Shown one piece after another: positions 1 through 8,063 of a DNA stretch of 32,000 nt (within the stretch, counting starts at the first letter, position 1; each line of letters starts with the position of its first letter). Source of the DNA: Candidatus Electrothrix yaqonensis. GTDB taxonomy: Bacteria > Desulfobacterota > Desulfobulbia > Desulfobulbales > Desulfobulbaceae. The position numbers and the translations under genes are program-made. The DNA is taken from contig CP178758.1 of the NCBI GenBank assembly GCA_047651235.1, forward strand, positions 300,001 through 332,000, in the 5' to 3' direction. The notes below the pieces were generated by a model, which had not been told where the DNA came from, searched no databases, and was given only the letters and a program-made list of their open reading frames with translations.

Positions 1-823
1 TTGTTAATATTAATTCGCCACCGGGCTTTAAATGCTCCCCAAGTTCTTTTAAAAGATCAATTCTTTCATCAAGAGGGAAGTAATAGATAAGATTATAAAA
101 TGTAACCAGATCAAAATCTGACTTGCTTTCATATTTTCGAATATCTGTATTTTCAATATCGACGCGATCTTCAAAGTCCCAGGTTTTAATATTTTCTCTT
201 GCGAAATCCGCAACGCTTTGCTGAACTTCCAAGCCAACCGCAGTTAATAAGGGATTCAGTTCACAGGCACGTTTAATATAAATTCCTGAGCCACAACCGA
301 CCTCCAACAATCGATAGGGTTTGCTTTTGGGTATAATTTTATCAACAACATCAAGCAAAACAGGCTCAAGTGTTCGTGAGGATCTGGCAACTAGTTCCCC
401 ATGAGCTTCGCTGTATTTAAACTGCATATTTTTTTTGAGCATTGAAGGTGTATTAACAATAAAATTATAAAAAACCTCAGATCGTACTTGTAAAAACGCA
501 TGCCATGTATCATTGGATGGCTTTACAAGTTCTTTAGAGAGTTTGCCTTTAATGGAATACCCCCTGGCGCTTTTTTTAAGTTCACCAAGACTGACACCTA
601 AATCGAGCCACGCCCTGAGGCCTTCAGAATTGAAATCCGATTGAAATAATTTTTGTATTTCCTCAAATGTAGCAGGCTTAGATTGCATGATATCATACAT
701 GCCTTCAGAAATTGCCGTTAAGACAAAACCTGTACGACAGGTCTCTTTAGTTAATTTGCCGATACGGAGCATCAGCATTACAGGTGTGTTCGAAAAGAAT
801 TTAATTAATGATTTTATCGCCAT
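1..823 (-). CDS. class I SAM-dependent methyltransferase (O-methyltransferase-like); C-terminus runs off the window
   Basis: The minus-strand frame is open from ATG 823-821 to the window edge, so it is absent from the ORF track (no stop in window). AAGGAG lies at 834-829, 5 nt upstream of the start. The hand translation begins MAIKSLIKFFSNTPVMLMLRIGKLTKETCRTGFV. Further in, in frame, it reads ..LLEVGCGSGIYIKRACELNP.., a GxGxG SAM-binding motif with its first Gly codon at 298-296. Confidence 0.75.
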   Translation of the reverse strand, partial: MAIKSLIKFFSNTPVMLMLRIGKLTKETCRTGFVLTAISEGMYDIMQSKPATFEEIQKLFQSDFNSEGLRAWLDLGVSLGELKKSARGYSIKGKLSKELVKPSNDTWHAFLQVRSEVFYNFIVNTPSMLKKNMQFKYSEAHGELVARSSRTLEPVLLDVVDKIIPKSKPYRLLEVGCGSGIYIKRACELNPLLTAVGLEVQQSVADFARENIKTWDFEDRVDIENTDIRKYESKSDFDLVTFYNLIYYFPLDERIDLLKELGEHLKPGGELILT

Positions 824-886
824 ATGAACTCCTTGATAAGAAAATTTGCCTTGTGGGTTATGATTAAAAACACATAACGTTTAGCT

Positions 887-913
887 GTGCCGCCCTGCTT
901 TTTGGGTCGGCAC
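887..913. other. imperfect GC-rich hairpin between the ICMT-like gene and the methyltransferase start
   Basis: GTGCCGCCC (887-895) pairs with GGGTCGGCAC (904-913) with one bulge, around the loop TGCTTTTT. There is no clean U-tract on either strand, so a terminator role is uncertain. Confidence 0.25.
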
Positions 914-950
914 AAGTGGTTGTCTGGGCAGCATGATAACTGCTTACAAA

Positions 951-1682
951 TTAATATATTCCAGGAATCAACCTATATCGTACCCGTCGTACATATACTT
1001 TATATCCTCTCAATTCTTCATGAAGCGTTCTGTCTTCTATTTTCGTTCTTATCACGGCGATTATTATGGCTATGACTACTGGAATCAATGTCCACACTGA
1101 ACCTAAAGCAAGAACAATACCTGGAAGTGCCAACATATTTCCGGCATAGCCCGGATGTCGCACAATCCGATAGGGACCACTGTCACACACTACATGCCCT
1201 CGGTCCACCTGAATACGCACCACGCTGGAGAAAAAGCGATTCTCTATCAATGCCCACTCAGCGAAAGCGTATCCGATCGAGATCAAAAGGAAACCGAGCA
1301 TGATGAGCCACAACGGGAATACGGGTGACCAGCCAAAACGATGATCTAACCCGGCCACAATGACAAGTGGGAAACTCACACTCAGTGCCATCAATGGTGC
1401 AAGTACTTTGTCCCAAGCTTTCGCGCCTTGGACTTTCTCCATATTTTGTCGTTCAGCTGTTAATCCTGGATTTCGCTGTTCCGCCCACCTGCGGCCACCA
1501 ATACCTGCGGCCAAGATCAGGAGGGAATATAGCCACGCCTCCCACCAGCCAAGATCCCCGCCACATATAAATAAAGCCAGCGGAATAAGTAGATAAACCA
1601 CAGTTAACCTAATCCACTGGCGTGGGGATACTGTTTGAACTGCCTCTTCATTAACCGCCTTTGCTGACATGTCATCCTCCAA
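951..1682 (-). CDS. integral-membrane methyltransferase, isoprenylcysteine carboxyl methyltransferase (ICMT)/phospholipid methyltransferase family
   Basis: 243-aa ORF with several hydrophobic helices. It carries the family-typical C-terminal motif GPYRIVRHPGYAGNML followed by a ..EDRTLHEEL.. segment. Confidence 0.8.
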   Translation of the reverse strand: MEDDMSAKAVNEEAVQTVSPRQWIRLTVVYLLIPLALFICGGDLGWWEAWLYSLLILAAGIGGRRWAEQRNPGLTAERQNMEKVQGAKAWDKVLAPLMALSVSFPLVIVAGLDHRFGWSPVFPLWLIMLGFLLISIGYAFAEWALIENRFFSSVVRIQVDRGHVVCDSGPYRIVRHPGYAGNMLALPGIVLALGSVWTLIPVVIAIIIAVIRTKIEDRTLHEELRGYKVYVRRVRYRLIPGIY

Positions 1683-1742
1683 AATAAGATGGATTTGAGT
1701 GTGTGCAGGATGTTTTCGTTGGGTGATTTTCCTGAAAATCCC

Positions 1743-2197
1743 CTAATCGTTTTCTGCCTCTGAGGGGTATATTGAGACCCATTGCCTGACTGAACCACGA
1801 CCATAGAGGTCTCCCACAAAAAATTCCGGCATGGTCCCGGGTGGCTCGATCAGAGATGCTCCGTAATGGTTTCTGACCCACGAGCCTTTGTAACCGGCGA
1901 GTCTAATGATCGTTGGGAATATCTGAAAATGGCTCGTCTTGTTGTAATTGGTCTCGTGGGCTGCCTTAAATTTTTTCAGAACAACTTCGTTATTGGAGAA
2001 AATCATCATTGGCACAATACCCTCGAAACGATTTGCTCTCGGCCGACAGTGAGTGGCAAGCGTACCGTCGTCGACTATGTTCTGCCCATGATCACTGGTA
2101 TAAATAATGACGTAAGACCTGAACTCTCCACTTTCGGCCAGCAAATCTTTAAACCAGTCATCAACGCCCCAGCGCAAGCCATTCATAAAGGAATTTA
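1743..2197 (-). pseudogene. C-terminal fragment of an EptA-like phosphoethanolamine transferase / sulfatase-family gene, separated from its 5' part by an IS
   Basis: The translation (SLNSF)MNGLRWGVDDWFKDLL..YVIIYTSDHGQNIVDDG matches the YDNxxxYTD and SDHG(E/Q) blocks of alkaline-phosphatase-superfamily sulfatase domains. The frame stays open up to the IS junction at 2197. Confidence 0.8.
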
Positions 2198-2202
2198 GAG
2201 AT

Positions 2203-2218
2203 TAGACCTCCTGCAGAA
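2203..2218. repeat. left terminal inverted repeat core of the IS
   Basis: TAGACCTCCTGCAGAA is the reverse complement of 3222-3237 with one mismatch. Confidence 0.85.
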
Positions 2219-2271
2219 CTGCCTGTTCTTCTCAGGCGGTGAGGTTTTTCCCTTTTTCAAAATTTTCCGCT

Positions 2272-2916
2272 TCAGGCAGCTTTCTTCATTTTCCGTGCCG
2301 CAACCTTCATATTCACTATGCCGGATATGATATTTTTCTTTATATTATGGCCTTTAAGCCTGTTCCGGTATGTTTCCGACATGATTTTAAATACCTTCAC
2401 CTCTCTTATGACATGCTCAACTTTGATACGTTTTTTCGATAAATCAAGATTATATGCCTTCTGTTCGGCGGTCAGTTCACCGTTCCGGGGCTTTTTAAAG
2501 GGAATTTCGGCGCGCCGGTCATATGCCGCGATTCCCTGATATCCGCTGTCGGCCTTCTTCGGAATACCGTGAAAACGCTCCCGCCCCTTCTGTTCCTTAT
2601 ATATCCTGAAATCATGAACACTTCCGGGATACGACGCCGAAACCGAAAAAATCCGTCCGTCGGGACCGGCGGTAAACTGCGTTCCGAGCGTGTGTTTTCC
2701 CTTCTTTCCGCTGTAATACTTCTTCTGTCCTTTCTTCAGGCGCTGAACCGGCTGTTCCGTCGCATCGATTATCAGGTATTCCGCATCTTCCCGTGTGATT
2801 TCACGCTTTTTTTCAATATGAATCACCCGTACCGCGATTTTTTCCATCCGTTTCACTGCGCGCATCACCGTCGTCTCATCGGAATCGAAGAAAAAACTGA
2901 GGAACTCATATGTCAC
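2272..2916 (-). CDS. IS transposase, DDE catalytic part (orfB, -1 frame relative to orfA)
   Basis: The IIDATEQPV.., YYSGKKGKHTLGTQ, SYPGSVHDFRIYK and ADSGYQGI blocks are typical of DDE_Tnp_4-type IS5-family transposases. The frame is open upstream to 2973 and overlaps orfA. Confidence 0.8.
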   Translation of the reverse strand: MTYEFLSFFFDSDETTVMRAVKRMEKIAVRVIHIEKKREITREDAEYLIIDATEQPVQRLKKGQKKYYSGKKGKHTLGTQFTAGPDGRIFSVSASYPGSVHDFRIYKEQKGRERFHGIPKKADSGYQGIAAYDRRAEIPFKKPRNGELTAEQKAYNLDLSKKRIKVEHVIREVKVFKIMSETYRNRLKGHNIKKNIISGIVNMKVAARKMKKAA

Positions 2917-3140
2917 GTAACAACGGTAATAGATAAGCGAAGACTTCGCAGGAGCATGGCGAGAAGGTGGTTTTCAGCTCCTTCCAAGTTGTGCTTTCTC
3001 CCGCCCTTTTCAAAATTATCTCTCCGCTCTTCCCATAAAGGGCGGATCTTTTCCGTCATTCCGTTGAAAAGATCAATATCGACACCGGTCAGACGGCGGA
3101 ATGTTTCAGGGCGGCGGGAGAGTTTTTCGAATGTGAGCAT
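2913..3140 (-). CDS. IS transposase, N-terminal HTH part (orfA)
   Basis: The start is taken at MLTFEKLSRRPETFRRLTGVDIDLF (ATG 3140-3138, with GGAGG about 11 nt upstream). The longer track ORF start at 3251 lies outside the IS inverted repeat and is rejected. The ORF ends ..EGAENHLLAMLLRSLRLSITVVT*. Confidence 0.7.
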   Translation of the reverse strand: MLTFEKLSRRPETFRRLTGVDIDLFNGMTEKIRPLWEERRDNFEKGGRKHNLEGAENHLLAMLLRSLRLSITVVT

Positions 3141-3221
3141 GATTTTCAGACCTCCGGGGTTGATAATCGAAAAAGTGACCGAAAAAATATCAGCATCCGC
3201 CGTTTCTGTCAAATCACCAAG

Positions 3222-3237
3222 TTTTGCAGGAGGTCTA
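3222..3237. repeat. right terminal inverted repeat core of the IS
   Basis: TTTTGCAGGAGGTCTA is the partner of 2203-2218. Confidence 0.85.
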
Positions 3238-4434
3238 TTTTTCTCTATCATTCATTGGTTCGCCTCGCTCAAGTGCCGGGGTGAAAATATTGTATTCTTT
3301 TGGATAGCTCCGAAAATACGGAAAATGAAGTCCGTATTTGTTAAGGATGATAAAGGTCTTACCAGGCTGTTTGAGAAGAGCTATTAACTTTTCGCGTGAT
3401 ACCCCATCGCTTTCGTAGGCAACTTTCTGGCGATCTCTGGTTATCTGGTCTACGAATGAAGCCTCGTGTTCATTCATGAAGTTTTGATAGTTATCCCACT
3501 CCTCCGCGCTCTGGGCATCCAAGTATACATTGTGATACCCGGCCTTCCTGGTAAATTGCCAGATCGAAGGATTCTTCAAGCTCATTTGCTTGTCGTCTGG
3601 GATTTCCTCTTTTTTCACCCCTGTCCTGAGAACGAGGTTAGAATAATCACTGCAGTTTGACGACGATGAGGCTAACCCAAAATTCACGAGCCCACTTTCC
3701 AGAGAGCGAAGATAGGGTGTGGTGTCTTTTTCGAATTTATTGATTCCCAAAATGTCCGCCCGGATACTTTCATCCACAATCAGAACGATTTTTTCAACCT
3801 GAGCCTCAAAAGAACCTGAGTAAGGAATTGTAGATCGTTTACCGTCGTAGAGAAGACTCTGGCTGGCAAATATAAGCATGGCTGGTACCCTGAAAAAGGA
3901 GGGGTATCGGTCAATCAGGCCATTACTGTATTGCAAATTAATAACGACAAGTATCGCTGCACTTATCGGTACGAGATAGGCCTTTCGAGGGATGTTTAAT
4001 TTTAAAAGTTTGGGCACCCGTTCGACGAAAATGATAACCGGGATAAGAATGATTAAAAACGGCAGTGCCGCTAAACCATAATTTTCAATCATTTCCCAAA
4101 ACCACCATTGAAAATATCCCACGATCATATCTGCCTGTTGGAAATCCAAAGGCGAGTTTGCGATGTTGAACGAACCAATATTAAAAAGAAAGAAAAACAG
4201 GAATAACGGTAAGGTTATTTTTCGAAAAATACTGCGGCCGCTAAAGAACAATAGAAATGTGCCCAGCATACTCCAGAAGAACAAAAGCAACGACAGGAAG
4301 ATCTCAATCAGCCTACCTTGATTCCATAGAAATCGAACCGGGAAAAAAAAGTCGTGGAAAAAATTGAACTCTATGAGCAGAAGAATAGCAACCGACCCAA
4401 GAGCGATAGACATTCTCAATTTTGAATCTGCCAT
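3235..4434 (-). pseudogene. N-terminal part (membrane domain plus start of sulfatase domain) of the IS-disrupted EptA-like phosphoethanolamine transferase
   Basis: Multiple TM helices are followed by IVLIVDESIRADILG..DTTPYL and FIILNKYGLHFPYFRSYPKEYNIFTP, which are EptA/LptA-like blocks. The frame terminates at the TAG formed by the IS inverted repeat (3237-3235). The start is taken at MADSKLRMS (4434), because the longer ORF (to 4596) overlaps the upstream lipoprotein ORF. Confidence 0.75.
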
Positions 4435-4447
4435 GGAATTTCTCGTT

Positions 4448-4690
4448 TCAATTGCTGCTTCTTCTGGTGGCATCAACTTTTTTTCTTTCTTTTTGATATT
4501 GATCATATGTCGGGAGTTCTTCGTAAGCAGGATCGCCCAAGTTTTCAAGATGTTGCTCTCTTGCATTTTTTTCATAAGTATCCCTGGAAATATCATCCAA
4601 AACCCCTTCTATTTGCTTTTTAGAGCAAGCGGAGCCAACAAACAGAATAACAACCATACAGCAAAACAATATTTGCCTGATTCCAGTCAT
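4448..4690 (-). CDS. small putative lipoprotein
   Basis: 80-aa ORF. The N-terminal signal-like segment ILFCCMVVILFVGSAC ends in a lipobox-like G-S-A-C. The remainder is hydrophilic. SD spacing is poor. Confidence 0.4.
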   Translation of the reverse strand: MTGIRQILFCCMVVILFVGSACSKKQIEGVLDDISRDTYEKNAREQHLENLGDPAYEELPTYDQYQKERKKVDATRRSSN

Positions 4691-4796
4691 ACCTTAATTG
4701 TTATAATTAATGTTTGAGTTCAACAGTCGATCTTGGGCTTCCCGCACCTTCATAATTTTACTTGCCTTTCTTCCAGCTGAGGTGGAGTCGGCCAAC

Positions 4797-5327
4797 TCAC
4801 TTGCGGCCGGTTGCCTTACGTGAAATGCTGTTTGTTTTTGCATTTAGAAATATTTCCAAACCTTTATCTCTTACCACTCCCATGCCAAATGAAAATGAAC
4901 CCCCTTTTATCCCAAATAGTTGGGATACAGCTTTGAGGTCAGTGTATGGAGCCCATTTTTTTGTATCTAAACTGAGATAGATGATGAAATTTTGAAAAAA
5001 ATTCTGCCTATCTTTCTCACTCATTTCATTTATATCCTTCTCATTTATACCTTCTGGTATTTTTATTCTGAAATATACTTTTTGTTTGAGTTTCAGGTGA
5101 ATATCTTCGTGAACAATATCAAGTAATTTACTGTCCAGTGTTATTTTTAATGAGATAGTATCTCCTTCATTTAAATAAACAACATAGTTAGATAATTCCT
5201 CGAAATTTTTCACTTGGCTGAAATGGATTATCTGGTCGGAATTATAATCCTGAAAGATAAAATTTGGTTTTGTACAACCAGCAATGGTTATTAACAGTAT
5301 TAACATGATAGACAATCTGCAATTCAT
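4797..5327 (-). CDS. putative lipoprotein, unknown function
   Basis: 176-aa ORF. It has the signal peptide MNCRLSIMLILLITIAGC with the lipobox I-A-G-C. GGAG lies in aaacgaggagatttgttATG upstream. Confidence 0.6.
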   Translation of the reverse strand: MNCRLSIMLILLITIAGCTKPNFIFQDYNSDQIIHFSQVKNFEELSNYVVYLNEGDTISLKITLDSKLLDIVHEDIHLKLKQKVYFRIKIPEGINEKDINEMSEKDRQNFFQNFIIYLSLDTKKWAPYTDLKAVSQLFGIKGGSFSFGMGVVRDKGLEIFLNAKTNSISRKATGRK

Positions 5328-5393
5328 AACAAATCTCCTCGTTTCACCCTGTAGTTTTCGAATTATGTGTTTGCATTTAATAAACTCTGGTTC

Positions 5394-5645
5394 CTAAGCT
5401 CCAGCTTGGGCACCAGCAAACTGCCCTGGCAGCATCCAGTCAAAGGCTTGATACACAGCGATCATTCTGGGAGAGCGGGCCCAGCGGACAGTTGTTTCCC
5501 CGGCAGCACCTGATGCAACAAGCAACCTTGCGGTGGCATCAACAATCCCGTGCGGAAGAACCTTGTCCATTCCGGGTTGTGATCCAAGAGTTACGATGTT
5601 CATGGCGACCTTTCGGGCCGTCATGCTCGGTTTGTTTTTATCCAT
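5394..5645 (-). pseudogene. N-terminal fragment of a COG3315-type SAM-dependent methyltransferase (gene remnant)
   Basis: The 83-aa ORF reads ..PSMTARKVAMN..RSPRMIAVYQAFDWMLPGQF. From memory, this resembles the N-terminus of polyketide-type O-methyltransferases. It stops before any SAM-binding domain. It is a GC-rich patch inside AT-rich DNA. Its first codons (MDKNK) are supplied by the 3' end of the upstream gene. Confidence 0.45.
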
Positions 5646-6474
5646 TGTTATTCTTGTTGAATCTTATTTTGACAAGTTTCACCATGTTTCTGAATTTCGG
5701 AGAAAGACGAACAAGCAGTCTGACGAATATTTTTTGCCTGTTTTTATGATAGTCAAACATATTCCATTCATCTTCTACGATGATATCAGAATGTAATAAT
5801 TTCAAATCGTCTGTATCGGAAATACCCCAGGTGAAGCTGATATCTTTGTTTTTCGCTTTGTTCTTAACATTATAGTTCACCAGTTTGGTATGGAATACTT
5901 CACAAATCATTATAGATGAAGGAAAATTATTGTTTATTTCCCGCAGCAAATTTTTTATTTCATCTTCATGAAGATACATCAAGAGTCCTTCAGCAATAAA
6001 CAGATAATTATACGAAGCATCTTTTTCGATATCATCAATCCATGAATAATCAAGAACTGACTTTCCTATAGATGTATGTTTCTCCGTATCGCTATAGAAT
6101 TTCCTTCTGAATTCAATAGCCTCATGCAAATCAATATCGTACCAGAATTTAATTTTATCCGAATTCATTCGACTAAAACGGGTATCCAAACCTGCACCGA
6201 GATTTACTATCACAGGGTTTTCCGTCTTATTTATAAATTCAACAATCTGACTGTCCAATATTTTTGTCCTGACCGAGACTAAAAATTGTCCACTCGTATT
6301 CTTGTTGAAATAAGAAAAGTCATGATCAAGCAAGTCTATCATTTCAACCGCTTTTGTATCGGTGATGATTGCGTCTGAACGCAAGGTCTCGGAGGCTTTA
6401 AAATAAAGCGGAGCAAACATGGATTCAAATATCGGATTTTTATCAATCAAATCTTGAGGATTAATTTTATTCAT
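5638..6474 (-). CDS. class I SAM-dependent methyltransferase, leucine carboxyl methyltransferase (LCM/TcmP-like, COG3315) family
   Basis: 278-aa ORF. The hallmark block VIVNLGAGLDTRFSR is followed by FIAEGLLMYL. The gene is very AT-rich. Confidence 0.8.
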   Translation of the reverse strand: MNKINPQDLIDKNPIFESMFAPLYFKASETLRSDAIITDTKAVEMIDLLDHDFSYFNKNTSGQFLVSVRTKILDSQIVEFINKTENPVIVNLGAGLDTRFSRMNSDKIKFWYDIDLHEAIEFRRKFYSDTEKHTSIGKSVLDYSWIDDIEKDASYNYLFIAEGLLMYLHEDEIKNLLREINNNFPSSIMICEVFHTKLVNYNVKNKAKNKDISFTWGISDTDDLKLLHSDIIVEDEWNMFDYHKNRQKIFVRLLVRLSPKFRNMVKLVKIRFNKNNNG

Positions 6475-6538
6475 AGGACGCTCTTTTTGAGGTGTATACG
6501 TGATACTGTGTCAGTCTGAAAAAGAATACGGAACCAGG

Positions 6539-7108
6539 TTATCTGATAATTTGTATTATCTCCGCTTCCTTTCTCTTGGGCACAGGAGGGATATTTTCCG
6601 GGTAGCCCAGAATGATCGGAGCCACAATGGTGCAGTTGTCCGGTATCGCCAGCTCCCTGAGCATCTCCGGGTCATGTATCTCAGTACCGAGGTTCACCCA
6701 GCATGTCCCCAGACCCCTGGAGCTTGCCGCCATCATGAAATAACCGGCTGCCAGGGCACAATCGACAGAGAGATTCTTCAGATGAGAAAGTCCGAGAATC
6801 ATCACCAGGCACGGCGCGTTGTAAAAGACATTGAAGGATTCATTCTCCAATATCCCCTGGTATTTCTTTGCATAATCATCGGGATTCGCGGCAATGCGGG
6901 CCAGGATGTTTTTCTTGCTCTCGTCCGAGATTTTCTTTAGCATTTCTTTGTTATTGACGATGATAAATTTCCACGACTGCTCATTCCCTGCATTGGGGGC
7001 AAGCGTGCTTTCCTTGATCATCTCCCGGATAAGCTCAATTGCAACGGGTTTGTCCTGGTACTTTCTTACGGATCGTCGGCTTTTCAATAATTCATCAAAG
7101 GTCATCAC
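6539..7108 (-). CDS. nitroreductase-family flavoprotein
   Basis: 189-aa ORF. It carries the N-terminal motif LLKSRRSVRKYQDKPV and the ..APNAGNEQSWKFIIV.. block typical of the NAD(P)H nitroreductase fold. Confidence 0.85.
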   Translation of the reverse strand: MMTFDELLKSRRSVRKYQDKPVAIELIREMIKESTLAPNAGNEQSWKFIIVNNKEMLKKISDESKKNILARIAANPDDYAKKYQGILENESFNVFYNAPCLVMILGLSHLKNLSVDCALAAGYFMMAASSRGLGTCWVNLGTEIHDPEMLRELAIPDNCTIVAPIILGYPENIPPVPKRKEAEIIQIIR

Positions 7109-7147
7109 ATTTTCCTTTTCGATATTTCTATTTCAATTGTCCAGTCA

Positions 7148-7717
7148 TCAAAAGATCTCGTTCGGCACAAATTTTTCCTCTTCCTCCACTTCAACATCGT
7201 GTAATCGAAACCATCCCTTCAACCATGCCTGAGATTCTTCGGTCAGCGGACCGTCGCCGTATCCGATACGGAATCCGATAATGCGCATGGTGGAGAATCC
7301 GCGCCAGCGAATGGCGTGACCGTGCTGCATGGCTGTGAGGGCAACGCGCTTCTCGCCTTTGTACCAATCAATACCTGGGCCGCCGCAACACATGCAGGTT
7401 TCCGAAAGCGAGTTGGTGGTGGTTCTCGGTACAAAACGGATATGCCTTGCCACATCCGCAATCTCCTCCGGTTCGGTTACGATAAAGAGAACAGCGGTTT
7501 CGTCTACAGGGCCACAGCAGTCGAAACCGTCGCCCCGGACAACGATTCGGTCCGCCTCGGCAATGACCGATTCGAAGGACCGATCATATTGAACAGGCTT
7601 GTGATAGATCAACAACCGAAGGCCGTCCTGCCACTTAAACGCCGCAAGCAGAGCGATACCGGCAAGAAGGCCAGCGATAACTACCCTGCGAATCCATTTC
7701 CGTTGCCGGTCCATCAT
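7148..7717 (-). CDS. hypothetical membrane-anchored protein with paired-Cys motifs
   Basis: 189-aa ORF with a single N-terminal TM helix (VVIAGLLAGIALLAAF). The motifs GFDCCGP and CMCCGGPG are present. I recognise no family. Confidence 0.55.
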   Translation of the reverse strand: MMDRQRKWIRRVVIAGLLAGIALLAAFKWQDGLRLLIYHKPVQYDRSFESVIAEADRIVVRGDGFDCCGPVDETAVLFIVTEPEEIADVARHIRFVPRTTTNSLSETCMCCGGPGIDWYKGEKRVALTAMQHGHAIRWRGFSTMRIIGFRIGYGDGPLTEESQAWLKGWFRLHDVEVEEEEKFVPNEIF

Positions 7718-7814
7718 CTCTTGGTCAAGGTAATTTACAGGGTGGAATCCTTCCAGCCTGTTACAGAAAAAGACGCAACTTCTTCAGACAGCATGTTTTT
7801 TTTACCTGCACCCC

Positions 7815-7961
7815 CTACACATGCCGCATAGCCTCAACAGGCCGATACCGATTAATCTTGAGGATCGGATACAGCGTGGACAGCACGGAGAGGATAAACA
7901 TCACCAGCACCAGTGGGTTAGTCAACTGCTGGGTTATTTTCTCAAACCAAGAGAGATTCAT
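7815..7961 (-). pseudogene. remnant of the C-terminus of an FtsX/MacB/LolC-type ABC permease
   Basis: Hand-translated 48-aa ORF, below the track cutoff: MNLSWFEKITQQLTNPLVLVMFILSVLSTLYPILKINRYRPVEAMRHV*. The last TM helix plus the YP..K..R..PVEA(L/M)R tail is characteristic of FtsX-domain permeases. An in-frame stop lies 11 codons upstream of the ATG. Confidence 0.35.
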
Positions 7962-8063
7962 TATTCTGCTCGGTTGCTCCTTTGTAGGGATTAACTACTC
8001 CGGATGACTGCGGAAAAAGGGAAGAATTTACCGTAAATTGGTGGCAGGGCTTTGTCAGGCAAA

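Larger units (their letters stand above)
2198..3245 (-). mobile_element. IS5-family insertion sequence (DDE_Tnp_4 / PIF-Harbinger-like transposase), 1,048 bp
   Basis: The terminal inverted repeats have a 16-bp core: TAGACCTCCTGCAGAA at 2203-2218, and TTTTGCAGGAGGTCTA at 3222-3237 (15/16 match). Looser matching extends them out to GAGAT../..TTCTC. The element encodes a two-frame transposase. It sits exactly between the two halves of the sulfatase-family gene and is flanked by TA (2196-2197, 3246-3247). Confidence 0.85.

Noticed and set aside
3141-3251. Upstream extension of transposase orfA (track start at 3251)
   Set aside because: That start codon lies outside the IS terminal inverted repeat, in host-gene sequence. 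An internal ATG at 3140 has a GGAGG SD and begins the conserved HTH region.
2569-3387. 272-aa plus-strand ORF spanning the IS and its right junction
   Set aside because: It runs antisense to both transposase ORFs and crosses the IS terminal repeat into flanking DNA. It has no motifs.
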